Part shown: positions 1-8,092 of the stretch, one piece after another
How positions within the stretch are numbered: the stretch's first letter is position 1
How the letters are laid out: each line of letters starts with the position of its first letter
Translations under genes and position numbers: made by a program
Source: Dehalococcoidia bacterium
GTDB taxonomy: Bacteria; Chloroflexota; Dehalococcoidia; DSTF01; JACRBR01
DNA: 20,000 bases
Reading direction: 5' to 3'
Assembly (NCBI GenBank): GCA_041494685.1
Contig: JBGQBE010000004.1
Location: forward strand, 118,059 to 138,058
The notes under the pieces: generated by a model
Seen by the model: the letters and a program-made list of their open reading frames with translations, nothing else
What the model was told of the DNA's origin: nothing
Databases searched by the model: none

Positions 1-244
1 GACAGCCGGAGCGTTCCCGGAGGTGATCGCGGCGGACGAGACGGGCGTCCTCGTGCCGCCGGCAGACGCACGCGCGCTCGCGGACGCGATCCAGGCGATG
101 CTCTCGGACCCGCGCCGGCGGCGAGAGATGGGATCGGCGGGCGTGCGCCGCATCGAGCAACAGTTCTCGTGGCGCGTCTGCGCCGAGCGCACGGCGGCGC
201 TGTACGAGGAGGTGCTGGCAAAGCGCGCGGCCGCGCGCCGTTAG
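1..244 (+). CDS. Glycosyltransferase family 4 (GT-B), C-terminal fragment, truncated by window edge
   Basis: Frame is open from position 2: TAGAFPEVIAADETGVLVPPADARALADAI...MGSAGVRRIEQQFSW...YEEV, the typical GT4 C-terminus. Confidence 0.9.
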   Translation, partial: TAGAFPEVIAADETGVLVPPADARALADAIQAMLSDPRRRREMGSAGVRRIEQQFSWRVCAERTAALYEEVLAKRAAARR

Positions 245-273
245 ACTCAGATCCGGGAGCGACAGTACGCACA

Positions 274-297
274 AGAGCGGGCCACGCGGCCCGCTCT
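274..297. terminator. Hairpin between convergent genes, probable bidirectional terminator
   Basis: Perfect 10-bp stem AGAGCGGGCC-ACGC-GGCCCGCTCT between the stops at 244 (+) and 324 (-). U-tracts are weak. Confidence 0.6.
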
Positions 298-323
298 CGC
301 TGTCTCTGACGTCAACGCTCGTG

Positions 324-533
324 CTAATCGTCCGCCGGCGGCTCGATCGGTGTCGTGATCAACGCGCGGCCGATCCAGAACGCGATATAGAGCCCGCCGA
401 GGAAGCCGGCGGTGACGGGCAGCGCGAGCGCCATGTAGGACTTGCGAAGGACTCCGACCAGGAACGCGATGCCGGTGAACACGCTGATCGCGCAGATGAT
501 CATGCCGGCGGTATGCGAGCGCTCTGCTCCCAT
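324..533 (-). CDS. Small membrane protein (69 aa, two predicted TM helices), function unknown
   Basis: ATG at 533 with AAGGAG 7 nt upstream (start corrected from 599). Two hydrophobic segments separated by RKSY. Confidence 0.8.
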   Translation of the reverse strand: MGAERSHTAGMIICAISVFTGIAFLVGVLRKSYMALALPVTAGFLGGLYIAFWIGRALITTPIEPPADD

Positions 534-570
534 GACGGAACTCCTTGATGCGGGGTGATACTTCGCGGTC

Positions 571-599
571 GTTATATCAGCGAGGGTGAGGGCGTGCAA
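571..599 (-). promoter_or_regulatory. Putative sigma70-type promoter for the 69-aa protein
   Basis: TTGCAC-17 nt-TATAAC with an extended -10 TG on the minus strand. Confidence 0.55.
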
Positions 600-613
600 G
601 CTGGAGGCGGCTG

Positions 614-1162
614 TTACGAGGGCTCGCGCGCATCCTGCCAGGCAGCCATGTACTCCATGACGACGAAGGCGTTGCCGCCGCGGCGGGAGCGGCCGCAGAC
701 ACGGAATCCCGCCTTCTCGAAAGAGCGCTGGGCGCGGGCGTTCCAGTCCAGCGTCTTGAGGTAGACGCGGCGGAAGCCCGTGACGCGCAGGACGTGGCGC
801 ACGAGCGTCCTGACGGCGTCGGTGCCGTAGCCGCGTCCCCAGTAGTCGCGGTCGCCGACCGTGATACCGATCTCGGCCTCGCGGCGGATGGCGTCGACGT
901 TGTAGTACATCGTGTTGCCGATGTGGCGGCCCTCGGCGTCCTCGATGGCGAAGCTGCGGCGATAGGGGCTGGGGTAGAGCAATTCGTCGCGGTAGAGCGC
1001 CAGGTAGTCGTTGTAGCTGGCCGCGAAGGGGCGAGCGGCGTCGTATCGGGCGAGTTCGGCGTCGCTACGCCAGCCGAAGTCGTTCGGGGCGTCGCCCACC
1101 CGCTTCTCGCGAAGCACGACCAGATCGCCGCGCGCCACCTCGCCCTCGACCGTCGTCGTCAC
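614..1162 (-). CDS. GNAT acetyltransferase, RimJ/RimL type (182 aa)
   Basis: AEIGITVGDRDYWGRGYGTDAV and NARAQRSFEKAGF motifs. GTG start at 1162 overlaps the NUDIX stop (GTGA). Confidence 0.88.
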   Translation of the reverse strand: MTTTVEGEVARGDLVVLREKRVGDAPNDFGWRSDAELARYDAARPFAASYNDYLALYRDELLYPSPYRRSFAIEDAEGRHIGNTMYYNVDAIRREAEIGITVGDRDYWGRGYGTDAVRTLVRHVLRVTGFRRVYLKTLDWNARAQRSFEKAGFRVCGRSRRGGNAFVVMEYMAAWQDAREPS

Positions 1163-1617
1163 AATGATGCTTCCTCGATCACATCCAGCGCGCGGCGCAC
1201 GACCTGCACTTCGTTGTAGTGCGTCATGACGCGCAGAGCCTCCTGCGCGAGAAACCACTCCACACGATCATACTCGGCATCGTGCTCATCCACAGCACCG
1301 TTACCGGTGGGACTCATCAGGTAGTGGTGGACGGTCTTCTCGTAGCGCACGCCCTGGGCGGGACGCGCGAATCCATACTCGACGATGCCCAGCTCTCGCA
1401 CGATGTCCACGTGAAGGCCGGTCTCCTCACGCACTTCGCGGAGCGCAGTCTCGCGCAGCGTCTCGCCGGGCTCGGGCGTGCCCTTGGGCAGCGCCCAGAG
1501 CCGCTCCGCGGAGCGGCCGCAGAGGACGACCTCTACACCGCTCTCGCCGCGACGGAATACGACGCCTCCCGCCGACACGGCCTGCTCAACCCGCAGCCCG
1601 GCGCCGCCCAGCGTCAT
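1159..1617 (-). CDS. NUDIX hydrolase
   Basis: Nudix box GTPEPGETLRETALREVREETGL preceded by SAGGVV and WALPK. ATGA overlap with the upstream gene. Confidence 0.93.
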   Translation of the reverse strand: MTLGGAGLRVEQAVSAGGVVFRRGESGVEVVLCGRSAERLWALPKGTPEPGETLRETALREVREETGLHVDIVRELGIVEYGFARPAQGVRYEKTVHHYLMSPTGNGAVDEHDAEYDRVEWFLAQEALRVMTHYNEVQVVRRALDVIEEASL

Positions 1618-2576
1618 TCGTCTTCCTCGTCCGCGTCTTCAGCGACGCTGCGGTCCAGGTACGTCTTGAAGCCAAGGGGATCCTCGACGAAGTCGGCCTC
1701 GCTCAACGCGTCGGTGACGGCCTCGAGCACGCGCTCGTCGCTATGCTCGTCGGCGACGGCGTGCAGCGCGGCCCGGGCCAACGGGCCCCCGATCTGGCCC
1801 AGCGCGGTGATCGCGGCTTCCTGTACTTCCGCGTCGTCGTCACGCGTCAGCAGCACCAGGTGCGGGATGGCCTCTTCGTCACCCATCGTGCCGGCCGCGG
1901 TGGCCGCCTCGAAGCGCATCTCCGCGTCGTCACTGCGCATCTCTTCGACGAGCATCGGCAGCCAGTCCGGGTCGGCGTTGCGGCCCATGGCGTGGACGGC
2001 GCTGATCTGAAGCCGGCGGTCGCCGCTGGCGTACGCGTCGTCGATCAGGTCGTGCACCCAGTCTTCGACGCGCACGCCGAGCGCTTCGAGCGCGCGGCCG
2101 CGCACTTCGGTGAGTTCGGCCTCGTCGGTGTAGACCGCCCGCAGCGAGGCTTCGATCTCGGCCATGTGCGGCGTCGGAGCATCGTTCAATTCGGCGCGCA
2201 ACAGGAAGCGGCCGAGGCCCATAGCGGCCTCCGCGCGGACGATCGCCTCGGGGTCTCCGAGGATGCGCATGAGCGCGCGGACGAGGTCGTTGCCCTCGTA
2301 CTCCCACAGCGCCTTGATCGATTCGGCGCGCACCTGAACGTCGTCGTCGAGCATGCCGAGCAGGAAGACGGAGTTGAAGTCCATCTCGACGTTGTCCTCG
2401 GCGATGTCGGCCAGCAGATCGATGATCTCTCGTCGGCGCTGGATGCTGAGACCGCGCCACACGGAGAGGAAGCGTTCGCGATCCGTACCGGCGAGTCCGC
2501 TCAGCGCGGTCAGCTCTTTGGCAGGCGGAGCCTTCTCCGGGTTCTCGAGCTGGGGGAGCAACGTATCGAAGGACAT
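1614..2576 (-). CDS. HEAT-repeat (PBS lyase HEAT-like) protein, acidic, 320 aa
   Basis: Repeated units DDDVQVRAESIKAL, DPEAIVRAEAAMGLG, DDAEMRFEAATAAG, DDAEVQEAAITALG. GGAG RBS. Confidence 0.9.
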   Translation of the reverse strand: MSFDTLLPQLENPEKAPPAKELTALSGLAGTDRERFLSVWRGLSIQRRREIIDLLADIAEDNVEMDFNSVFLLGMLDDDVQVRAESIKALWEYEGNDLVRALMRILGDPEAIVRAEAAMGLGRFLLRAELNDAPTPHMAEIEASLRAVYTDEAELTEVRGRALEALGVRVEDWVHDLIDDAYASGDRRLQISAVHAMGRNADPDWLPMLVEEMRSDDAEMRFEAATAAGTMGDEEAIPHLVLLTRDDDAEVQEAAITALGQIGGPLARAALHAVADEHSDERVLEAVTDALSEADFVEDPLGFKTYLDRSVAEDADEEDE

Positions 2577-2636
2577 GAGCGCTCCTGCGGCGACGGCGCC
2601 GCGCCCGCGCGAGCGGCGGGCATGCCGTTGGGATTC

Positions 2637-2666
2637 AGTCTATGGATCGCACGCGCGGGGTGTCAA
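2637..2666 (-). promoter_or_regulatory. Putative sigma70 promoter for the HEAT-NUDIX-GNAT operon
   Basis: TTGACA-18 nt-TAGACT. The -35 hexamer contains the TGA stop of the GT2 gene. Confidence 0.65.
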
Positions 2667-3445
2667 CGATCGGCGTCACTGTCGCGCGCGGCGGCGGAGG
2701 CGACGGGCTCGCGCGCGTCACGTTCGCGCGCGGGTGCGGCGGCGACGCGCGGCCGCGATCGGGAGAAGCGCACGCGGACGATCGCGCGCAGGACGCTCCA
2801 GCCGACGCCGGGGCTGAGCTTCTTCCCGTCCTCGACGCTGCGCGGCTCGTACGTCACGGGCACCTCGACGATGCGGTGGCCGTCGCGCAGCAGCCTGCAG
2901 GTGATCTCGGCGTCGAGATCGAAGCCGTCGCACTGGAGATCGAGCGTGCGGGCGACGTCGGCGCGCAGCACTTTGTAGCAGGTGAGGATGTCGGTGAGGC
3001 GGGTGACGTAGAGCACGTTGGCGGCCCAGGTGAGCATGAAGTTGCCGGCGTACCCGACGAGCGGCGTCCGGCCGCGGCCGCGGCCCTTGAAGCGCGAGCC
3101 GAAGACGACGTCGGTCTGCCCCCGCACGATGGGCGCGAGGAGCGACGGGATCTCGCCGGGGTCGAGCTCGAGGTCGGCGTCCTGCACCATGACGATGTCG
3201 CCAGTGGCGCGATCGAAGCCGGTGCGCACGGCGCGCCCCTTGCCGCGAGCGGCGTCCTCGAGCACGAGTACGAGGTCGGATGACTGCGGCAGCGACAGCA
3301 GCGCCTCGCGCGTGCCGTCGGTCGAGGCGCCGTCGACGACGATGATCTCTCTGGGCATGCCGCAGTCGATGGCGCGGACGCGCTCGATCAGCGGGACGAC
3401 GGTGTCGCGCTCGTTGCGGACGGGGATGACGATCGAGAGCTTCAT
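2663..3445 (-). CDS. Glycosyltransferase family 2, polyprenol-phosphate sugar synthase-like (DPM1/ArnC/Ppm1 type)
   Basis: KLSIVIPVRNE, IIVVDGASTDGT, GKGRAVRTG, QDADLE (DxD), VVFGSRF, EVPVTYEPR...GKK. No clear TM helix. Confidence 0.92.
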   Translation of the reverse strand: MKLSIVIPVRNERDTVVPLIERVRAIDCGMPREIIVVDGASTDGTREALLSLPQSSDLVLVLEDAARGKGRAVRTGFDRATGDIVMVQDADLELDPGEIPSLLAPIVRGQTDVVFGSRFKGRGRGRTPLVGYAGNFMLTWAANVLYVTRLTDILTCYKVLRADVARTLDLQCDGFDLDAEITCRLLRDGHRIVEVPVTYEPRSVEDGKKLSPGVGWSVLRAIVRVRFSRSRPRVAAAPARERDAREPVASAAARDSDADR

Positions 3446-4146
3446 GCGTGGCGCTCCGCGATCAGGCGCGCGGCGTCCTCGAGCTGCTCCAGCCGGTCGA
3501 TGGCGATCCAGTCGTCGTCGAAGCGGTAGGCGCCGACGCTGCGCCCGTCGGCGAGCAGGCGGTTCACGAGATCCGGGATGTCGAAGAAGCTGTTGTAGGG
3601 GATGACATCGAGCGCGGAGGGCTGGAGGGCGTAGATGCCCGCGCTCACCAGGTCGGTGACGCCGGGCTTCTCGACGATGCCGGTCACGCGCTCGCCGTCG
3701 GTCTGGATGACGCCGTAGGGGTGCTGCAGCTTGAACTCGCGCGAGGCGACGGTGATCTCGAAGCCGCCGCGGCGGTGGAACTCCATGAAGGCCACCATAT
3801 CGAGGTCGGTGAGGATGTCGCCGTTCATCGCGAGGATCGGCTCGTCCGGCGGCAGGTCGAAGCTGTCGCGCACGAGCGAGAGCGGGCCGGCCGTGCCGAG
3901 CGCGTGGGACTCGCGCACGTAGTCGATGCGGACGTCGAGCTGCGAGCCGTCGCGGAAGTACGTTTCGATCAGCTCGGCGCGGTAGCCGACGGCGATGATC
4001 AGGTCGCGGAACCCTGCGGGACGGAGGCGCTCGATGATCTCTTCGAGGATCGGCTTCTCGCCGACGGGGAGCAGCGGCTTGGGGATGGTGTAGGTGAGCG
4101 GCCGCAGGCGCACGCCCTTGCCGCCGGCGAGGATCACGGCCCTCAT
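3442..4146 (-). CDS. Sugar-1-phosphate nucleotidyltransferase (NTP_transferase family, 234 aa)
   Basis: MRAVILAGGKGVRLRPLTYTIPKPLLPVG, LGTAGPL, MNGDILT, EKP. ATG at 4146 overlaps the dehydratase stop (ATGA). Confidence 0.93.
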   Translation of the reverse strand: MRAVILAGGKGVRLRPLTYTIPKPLLPVGEKPILEEIIERLRPAGFRDLIIAVGYRAELIETYFRDGSQLDVRIDYVRESHALGTAGPLSLVRDSFDLPPDEPILAMNGDILTDLDMVAFMEFHRRGGFEITVASREFKLQHPYGVIQTDGERVTGIVEKPGVTDLVSAGIYALQPSALDVIPYNSFFDIPDLVNRLLADGRSVGAYRFDDDWIAIDRLEQLEDAARLIAERHA

Positions 4147-5135
4147 ACGGCGTACTCGCGCGGGCGGTAGAGGTCGATGTGCTCGCGGACCCACTCGGCG
4201 GTGCGGCGCAAGCCGTCGTCGAGCGACACTTCAGCGCGCCAGCCGGCCAGCCGCTGCGCCTTCGAGCTGTCGGAACGCAGGCGCGACACCTCGCTCTTCG
4301 CCGGCCGCAGGCGCTGGCTGTCGCCCTCGACCTCCAGCTCGCGCCCGACGATGGCGCCGACCTTCGCGACGATCTCGCGGATGCTCACCTCGCGCCCGGA
4401 GCCGGCGTTCACGACTTCGCCGACGGCGGCGTCGGCGCCGCCGATGGCGATGAAGCCGCGGGCGGTATCGGCGACGTAGGTGAAGTCGCGCGTGGTGTCG
4501 AGCGTGCCCAGGTGCAACGCACCGCCGGTCACCGCCTGGCTGATGATCGTGGGGATGACGGCGCGCGCCGACTGCCGCGGTCCGTAGGCGTTGAACGGGC
4601 GCACGATGGTCACGGGCATGCCGAACGAGCGGTGGAAGCTCAGGCCCAGCGCATCGCCCGCGATCTTGGTGGCGGAGTACGGCGACTGCGCCTGCAGCGG
4701 GTGCTCCTCGTCCATCGGCACGCGGAGCGCGGAGCCGTATACCTCGCTGGTGGAGGTCAGCACGACGCGATCGAGCGTGCCGATCTCCCTCGCGGCCAGC
4801 AGCACGTTCGACGTGCCGATGATGTTCGTGTCGATGACTTCCTGCGGGTGCTCGTACGAGTACGGGATGCCGATCAGCGCCGCCAGGTGGAACACCGCGT
4901 CGGCGCCGCGCATCACCTCGCGCACGGCGTCGAAGTCGCGCACATCGCCGAGGGTGATTGCGACGCCGGCGAGGAGGGGTTCGGGCAGCAGATCGAGGCA
5001 GCCGCGCTGGCCGCGCGACGTGTAGCGCAGCATGGCGCGCACGTGCGCCCCCTGGCTCGCGAGCTGCTCGACGACGTGGCTGCCGATGAACCCGCCGGCG
5101 CCGGTGACGACGACCGTCTTACCTTCGAATCGCAC
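4143..5135 (-). CDS. NAD-dependent NDP-sugar epimerase/4,6-dehydratase (extended SDR, LegB-like)
   Basis: TGAGGFIG, HLAALIGIPYSY, TSTSEVYG, catalytic YSATK, RPFNAYGPRQSARAVIPTII, RLRPAKSEV. Confidence 0.93.
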   Translation of the reverse strand: MRFEGKTVVVTGAGGFIGSHVVEQLASQGAHVRAMLRYTSRGQRGCLDLLPEPLLAGVAITLGDVRDFDAVREVMRGADAVFHLAALIGIPYSYEHPQEVIDTNIIGTSNVLLAAREIGTLDRVVLTSTSEVYGSALRVPMDEEHPLQAQSPYSATKIAGDALGLSFHRSFGMPVTIVRPFNAYGPRQSARAVIPTIISQAVTGGALHLGTLDTTRDFTYVADTARGFIAIGGADAAVGEVVNAGSGREVSIREIVAKVGAIVGRELEVEGDSQRLRPAKSEVSRLRSDSSKAQRLAGWRAEVSLDDGLRRTAEWVREHIDLYRPREYAV

Positions 5136-5343
5136 GAATCCCCCAGCCGACGACGCGGACGAACAGGCCTCCCAACGCGATCAGCGCCAGTATGACGCAA
5201 ACCAGCAGCCAGATGTAGAGCGTGACGGAGAGGGCGAAGGCGAAGCCGGCGTCCGAACTCAGGGCGACCAGGAACGCGATGACGGGCGACACCAGCAGCA
5301 GCCCGATGGCGATGCGGAGCCAGTGGCTCGCCAGCGGGTTCAC
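5119..5343 (-). CDS. Small membrane protein (74 aa, two TM helices), function unknown
   Basis: Hydrophobic C-terminal part of ORF 5119..6402. GTG at 5343 overlaps the upstream stop (GTGA) and the gene exactly fills the gap in the operon. Confidence 0.75.
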   Translation of the reverse strand: MNPLASHWLRIAIGLLLVSPVIAFLVALSSDAGFAFALSVTLYIWLLVCVILALIALGGLFVRVVGWGIRAIRR

Positions 5344-6728
5344 GGAGACGGCGTCCCGAAGGTGCGCAGCAGCGAACCGAGCGTCCGCCCGCCGAAGACG
5401 TCGCGCCAGCGCGCGGCGGTCACTCCCCAGATGGCGGAGAGCGACGTCGAGCTGAAGATGGCGAGTGGGATGTAGAGCGCGTAGTGGTAGCGAGGGTCGC
5501 CGATGAACAGCACGCCGAAGACGATCATGTAGAACGGCACGATGCCGAACACCGCGAGGCGCTTCGTGTCGGAGGTCTTCCACCAGAGGGGCCAGCCCGC
5601 CAGCGAGAGCGCGATCATCCCGTAGAACATGGCGCTGGAGATCCGGATCAGCCGGTCGGCGCCCTCGGTCCCGAACCAGGGCTTGTTGCTCTGCAGCCAG
5701 GTGACGCCGCTCTCGTCGCTGCGGAAGAGCATGTACATGCGCCGCGGCACGAGCTTCAACTCCTCCAGCTTGTGGTCCAGCGCCCATTCGCGCGCCAGCT
5801 TCGAGCCGTCCTTGTTCGCCTTGAGTTCGATCTCCTTGCGGGACAGCCCCTTGTAGTCCTGCTCGAGCCGCCAGAACGCCTCGAGGCTCGGGCCGCCGTC
5901 CGTCTTCTCGTTGTGCCCCTGGAAGACGACTCGCCCTGCGCCGGTCGTGCCGACGATCCACTGGTCGAAGTGGATGTGGTTGCGCACGGTCCATGGCGTG
6001 ATGATGATCGCCGCACCAGCGGCCAGCGCCAGCAGCGGCAGCAGCGCCCGCCTGCGGAAGTGCAGCAACACGAGCAACGCGAACACGGCGCCGTACGCCA
6101 GGAACTCGCCGCGCACGTATCCGGTGAAGGCGGTCAGCGCGCCCAGCGCGAGGATCAGCGGCAGGTTGGGCTTTGGCCTGTCGAAGACGAAGTAGATGTA
6201 CAGCGCGAGCTGCAGCGCGAGGAGGAAGCCGAAGTACGTCTCCGACAGCAACACGGCCGTGAAGAGGACGTGGCCGGGTAACACGGCCAGCGTGAGCCCC
6301 GCGAAGATGCCCGGTCGCCGCCCGAAGATCTTCTTCGCGATCAGGAAGACGAGCGCCGCCGTCAGCGATCCGAACAGCACGTTGAGCAGCCGGGCCGCCC
6401 ACAGCGAGTCACCGGTGACCTTGTACACGCCCGCGAGCGTCAGGGGATATCCGGGCGGCCAGAGGGCGGTCGGCGTCAGGTCCGTCTCGCCGGGGTAGAT
6501 GAGGTCGCCGTTCGGCGCCTTCCAGACGGTCGGGTCGAAGACGTAGCCCTTGCCCTCGGCGAGGCGCCTGGCCGTGGTGTCGTACCAGACGCTGTCGTCG
6601 TAACGGCCGTCGCGCGGGTTCGGGTGCGCGTACGCGACGAGCGCCAGCCGCACGCCGAACGCCACGAGGAAGACGGCGAGCAGCCAGCGCGCATCGGGCG
6701 TGCGGAGCCACCCGCGCAGGCGCTTCAT
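5340..6728 (-). CDS. GT-C membrane glycosyltransferase (ArnT/PMT_2, GT39/GT83-like), 462 aa
   Basis: Multi-TM. First loop HPNPRDGRYDDSVWY, WPPGYP, LLSET, PWTVRN, FIGDPRYH. ATG at 6728 with ATGA overlap and GGAGG RBS. Confidence 0.87.
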   Translation of the reverse strand: MKRLRGWLRTPDARWLLAVFLVAFGVRLALVAYAHPNPRDGRYDDSVWYDTTARRLAEGKGYVFDPTVWKAPNGDLIYPGETDLTPTALWPPGYPLTLAGVYKVTGDSLWAARLLNVLFGSLTAALVFLIAKKIFGRRPGIFAGLTLAVLPGHVLFTAVLLSETYFGFLLALQLALYIYFVFDRPKPNLPLILALGALTAFTGYVRGEFLAYGAVFALLVLLHFRRRALLPLLALAAGAAIIITPWTVRNHIHFDQWIVGTTGAGRVVFQGHNEKTDGGPSLEAFWRLEQDYKGLSRKEIELKANKDGSKLAREWALDHKLEELKLVPRRMYMLFRSDESGVTWLQSNKPWFGTEGADRLIRISSAMFYGMIALSLAGWPLWWKTSDTKRLAVFGIVPFYMIVFGVLFIGDPRYHYALYIPLAIFSSTSLSAIWGVTAARWRDVFGGRTLGSLLRTFGTPSP

Positions 6729-8092
6729 GGCGCCTCCACCTGCGCGACCCGGCGGCCGGCTCGCGCGGCATCCCACAGCGCCACCATCGTCGCGCTGGCG
6801 ATGACGACCGCGAGCGGGATCGCGGGGAAGTGGAAGCGCGGATCGCCGAAGAACACGAGGGGCAGCGCCAGCACGTAGAGCAGCATCAGCATCACGATCA
6901 GCCGCCGCACGTCTTTCGCCAGGACGAACGCCAGGCCGCCGGCGAGCACCAGCACGCCGGTGGCGTAGTAGATCGAGTTCGCGGCGAACGCGAGCACCTC
7001 GCGCCGGAAGTTCGGGATGAAGTAGTCGTTGCCGTACGACTCCGCGGCCCAGATGCCGTCATCGTCCTTGTAGAGGAGCCAGTAGGCCTTCTGCGCGATC
7101 AGCTTCGGCATCCGGAACGGGTGCGACGCGACGTCTTTGATCGCGATCTTCACGCCCTCCCTGTTGCGGTCGATCTCGACCTGCGACGCCGACTTGCCGG
7201 CGTCGTTGGCGAAGCACTTGCCCTGCAGCGTGAACGCGCCCTGCGCGCCGAGGTAGTTGCCGATGCAGAGGTCGTCGCCGACATTCGTCGACGGTCCGGT
7301 GAGCGTGCCGAACGCGACGGTGTTGCGCACAGACCACGGGACGATCAGCACGGCGATGCCCGCCCAGACGACCAGCGCCTGCAACAGCGCGCGTCTCTTC
7401 GACCGCATGTAGAAGAACCAGACCGCCAGCAGCATGGCCGGCAGCATCAGTGTGATGCCGCGCGTCATGGTGGCGTAGCTGAGCAGCAGGCCGACCACGA
7501 ACAGCCGCCCGTAGCCGATACCGTCGCGATCCCACGGCTTCCACAACAGCACCACGATCGACGCGACGAAGAGCAGCGTGAACAGCGGCTCGGAGAGCAC
7601 CGTGCCCGTGTAGTACACCTGGCTCGGGAAGATCGATAACAGCAGCGCCGCCACGATGCCGGTGCGGCGGTCAAGAATCCGCCTGGTGAGCAGGTACAGC
7701 AGCACGACCGTCATCGCGCCGAAGATGCCGTTCATGATCTTGATCGAGAAGATGCTGCGGCCCCAGCCGAAGATGTCGCCACCTTTCTTCAGGGCGCCGA
7801 CGGTGAGCGGGAAGCCGGCCGGGTAGTAAGCGATCTTCTCGCCGGTCGGGCGCGTGTAGCCCAGGCCGTCGGCGATGCGGTCGCCGAAGAGCGTGTAGAG
7901 CGTCGGGTCGTTGAGGCCCTGCGGACTGCGGTCGTTGTAGGCGACCCAGGCGGCGCGCGGCACCATCGCCAGCGCGAAGAGCGCGAGGCAGATCAGGCTC
8001 TCGGCCCACGGGAGGGAGCGCCGTGGCGGGGGCACCTGCGGTGCCGACGCTGCACGCTCGCCCGGACCGACGACGGGTGTGTCGATGCTCAA
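6725..8092 (-). CDS. GT-C membrane glycosyltransferase (ArnT/PMT_2-like), about 455 aa
   Basis: Multi-TM. GLNDPTLY, YPAGFP, VLSEPLFTLLF, PWSVRN, FFGDPRFHFP. Probable TTG start at 8092 overlapping the upstream stop (TTGA). Confidence 0.85.
   Translation of the reverse strand: MSIDTPVVGPGERAASAPQVPPPRRSLPWAESLICLALFALAMVPRAAWVAYNDRSPQGLNDPTLYTLFGDRIADGLGYTRPTGEKIAYYPAGFPLTVGALKKGGDIFGWGRSIFSIKIMNGIFGAMTVVLLYLLTRRILDRRTGIVAALLLSIFPSQVYYTGTVLSEPLFTLLFVASIVVLLWKPWDRDGIGYGRLFVVGLLLSYATMTRGITLMLPAMLLAVWFFYMRSKRRALLQALVVWAGIAVLIVPWSVRNTVAFGTLTGPSTNVGDDLCIGNYLGAQGAFTLQGKCFANDAGKSASQVEIDRNREGVKIAIKDVASHPFRMPKLIAQKAYWLLYKDDDGIWAAESYGNDYFIPNFRREVLAFAANSIYYATGVLVLAGGLAFVLAKDVRRLIVMLMLLYVLALPLVFFGDPRFHFPAIPLAVVIASATMVALWDAARAGRRVAQVEAP

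Noticed and set aside
5344..6402. N-terminal ~350 aa of ORF 5119..6402
   Set aside because: Out-of-frame overlap with a GT-C gene and Arg/Ala-rich. Only the part from GTG 5343 looks like a real protein.
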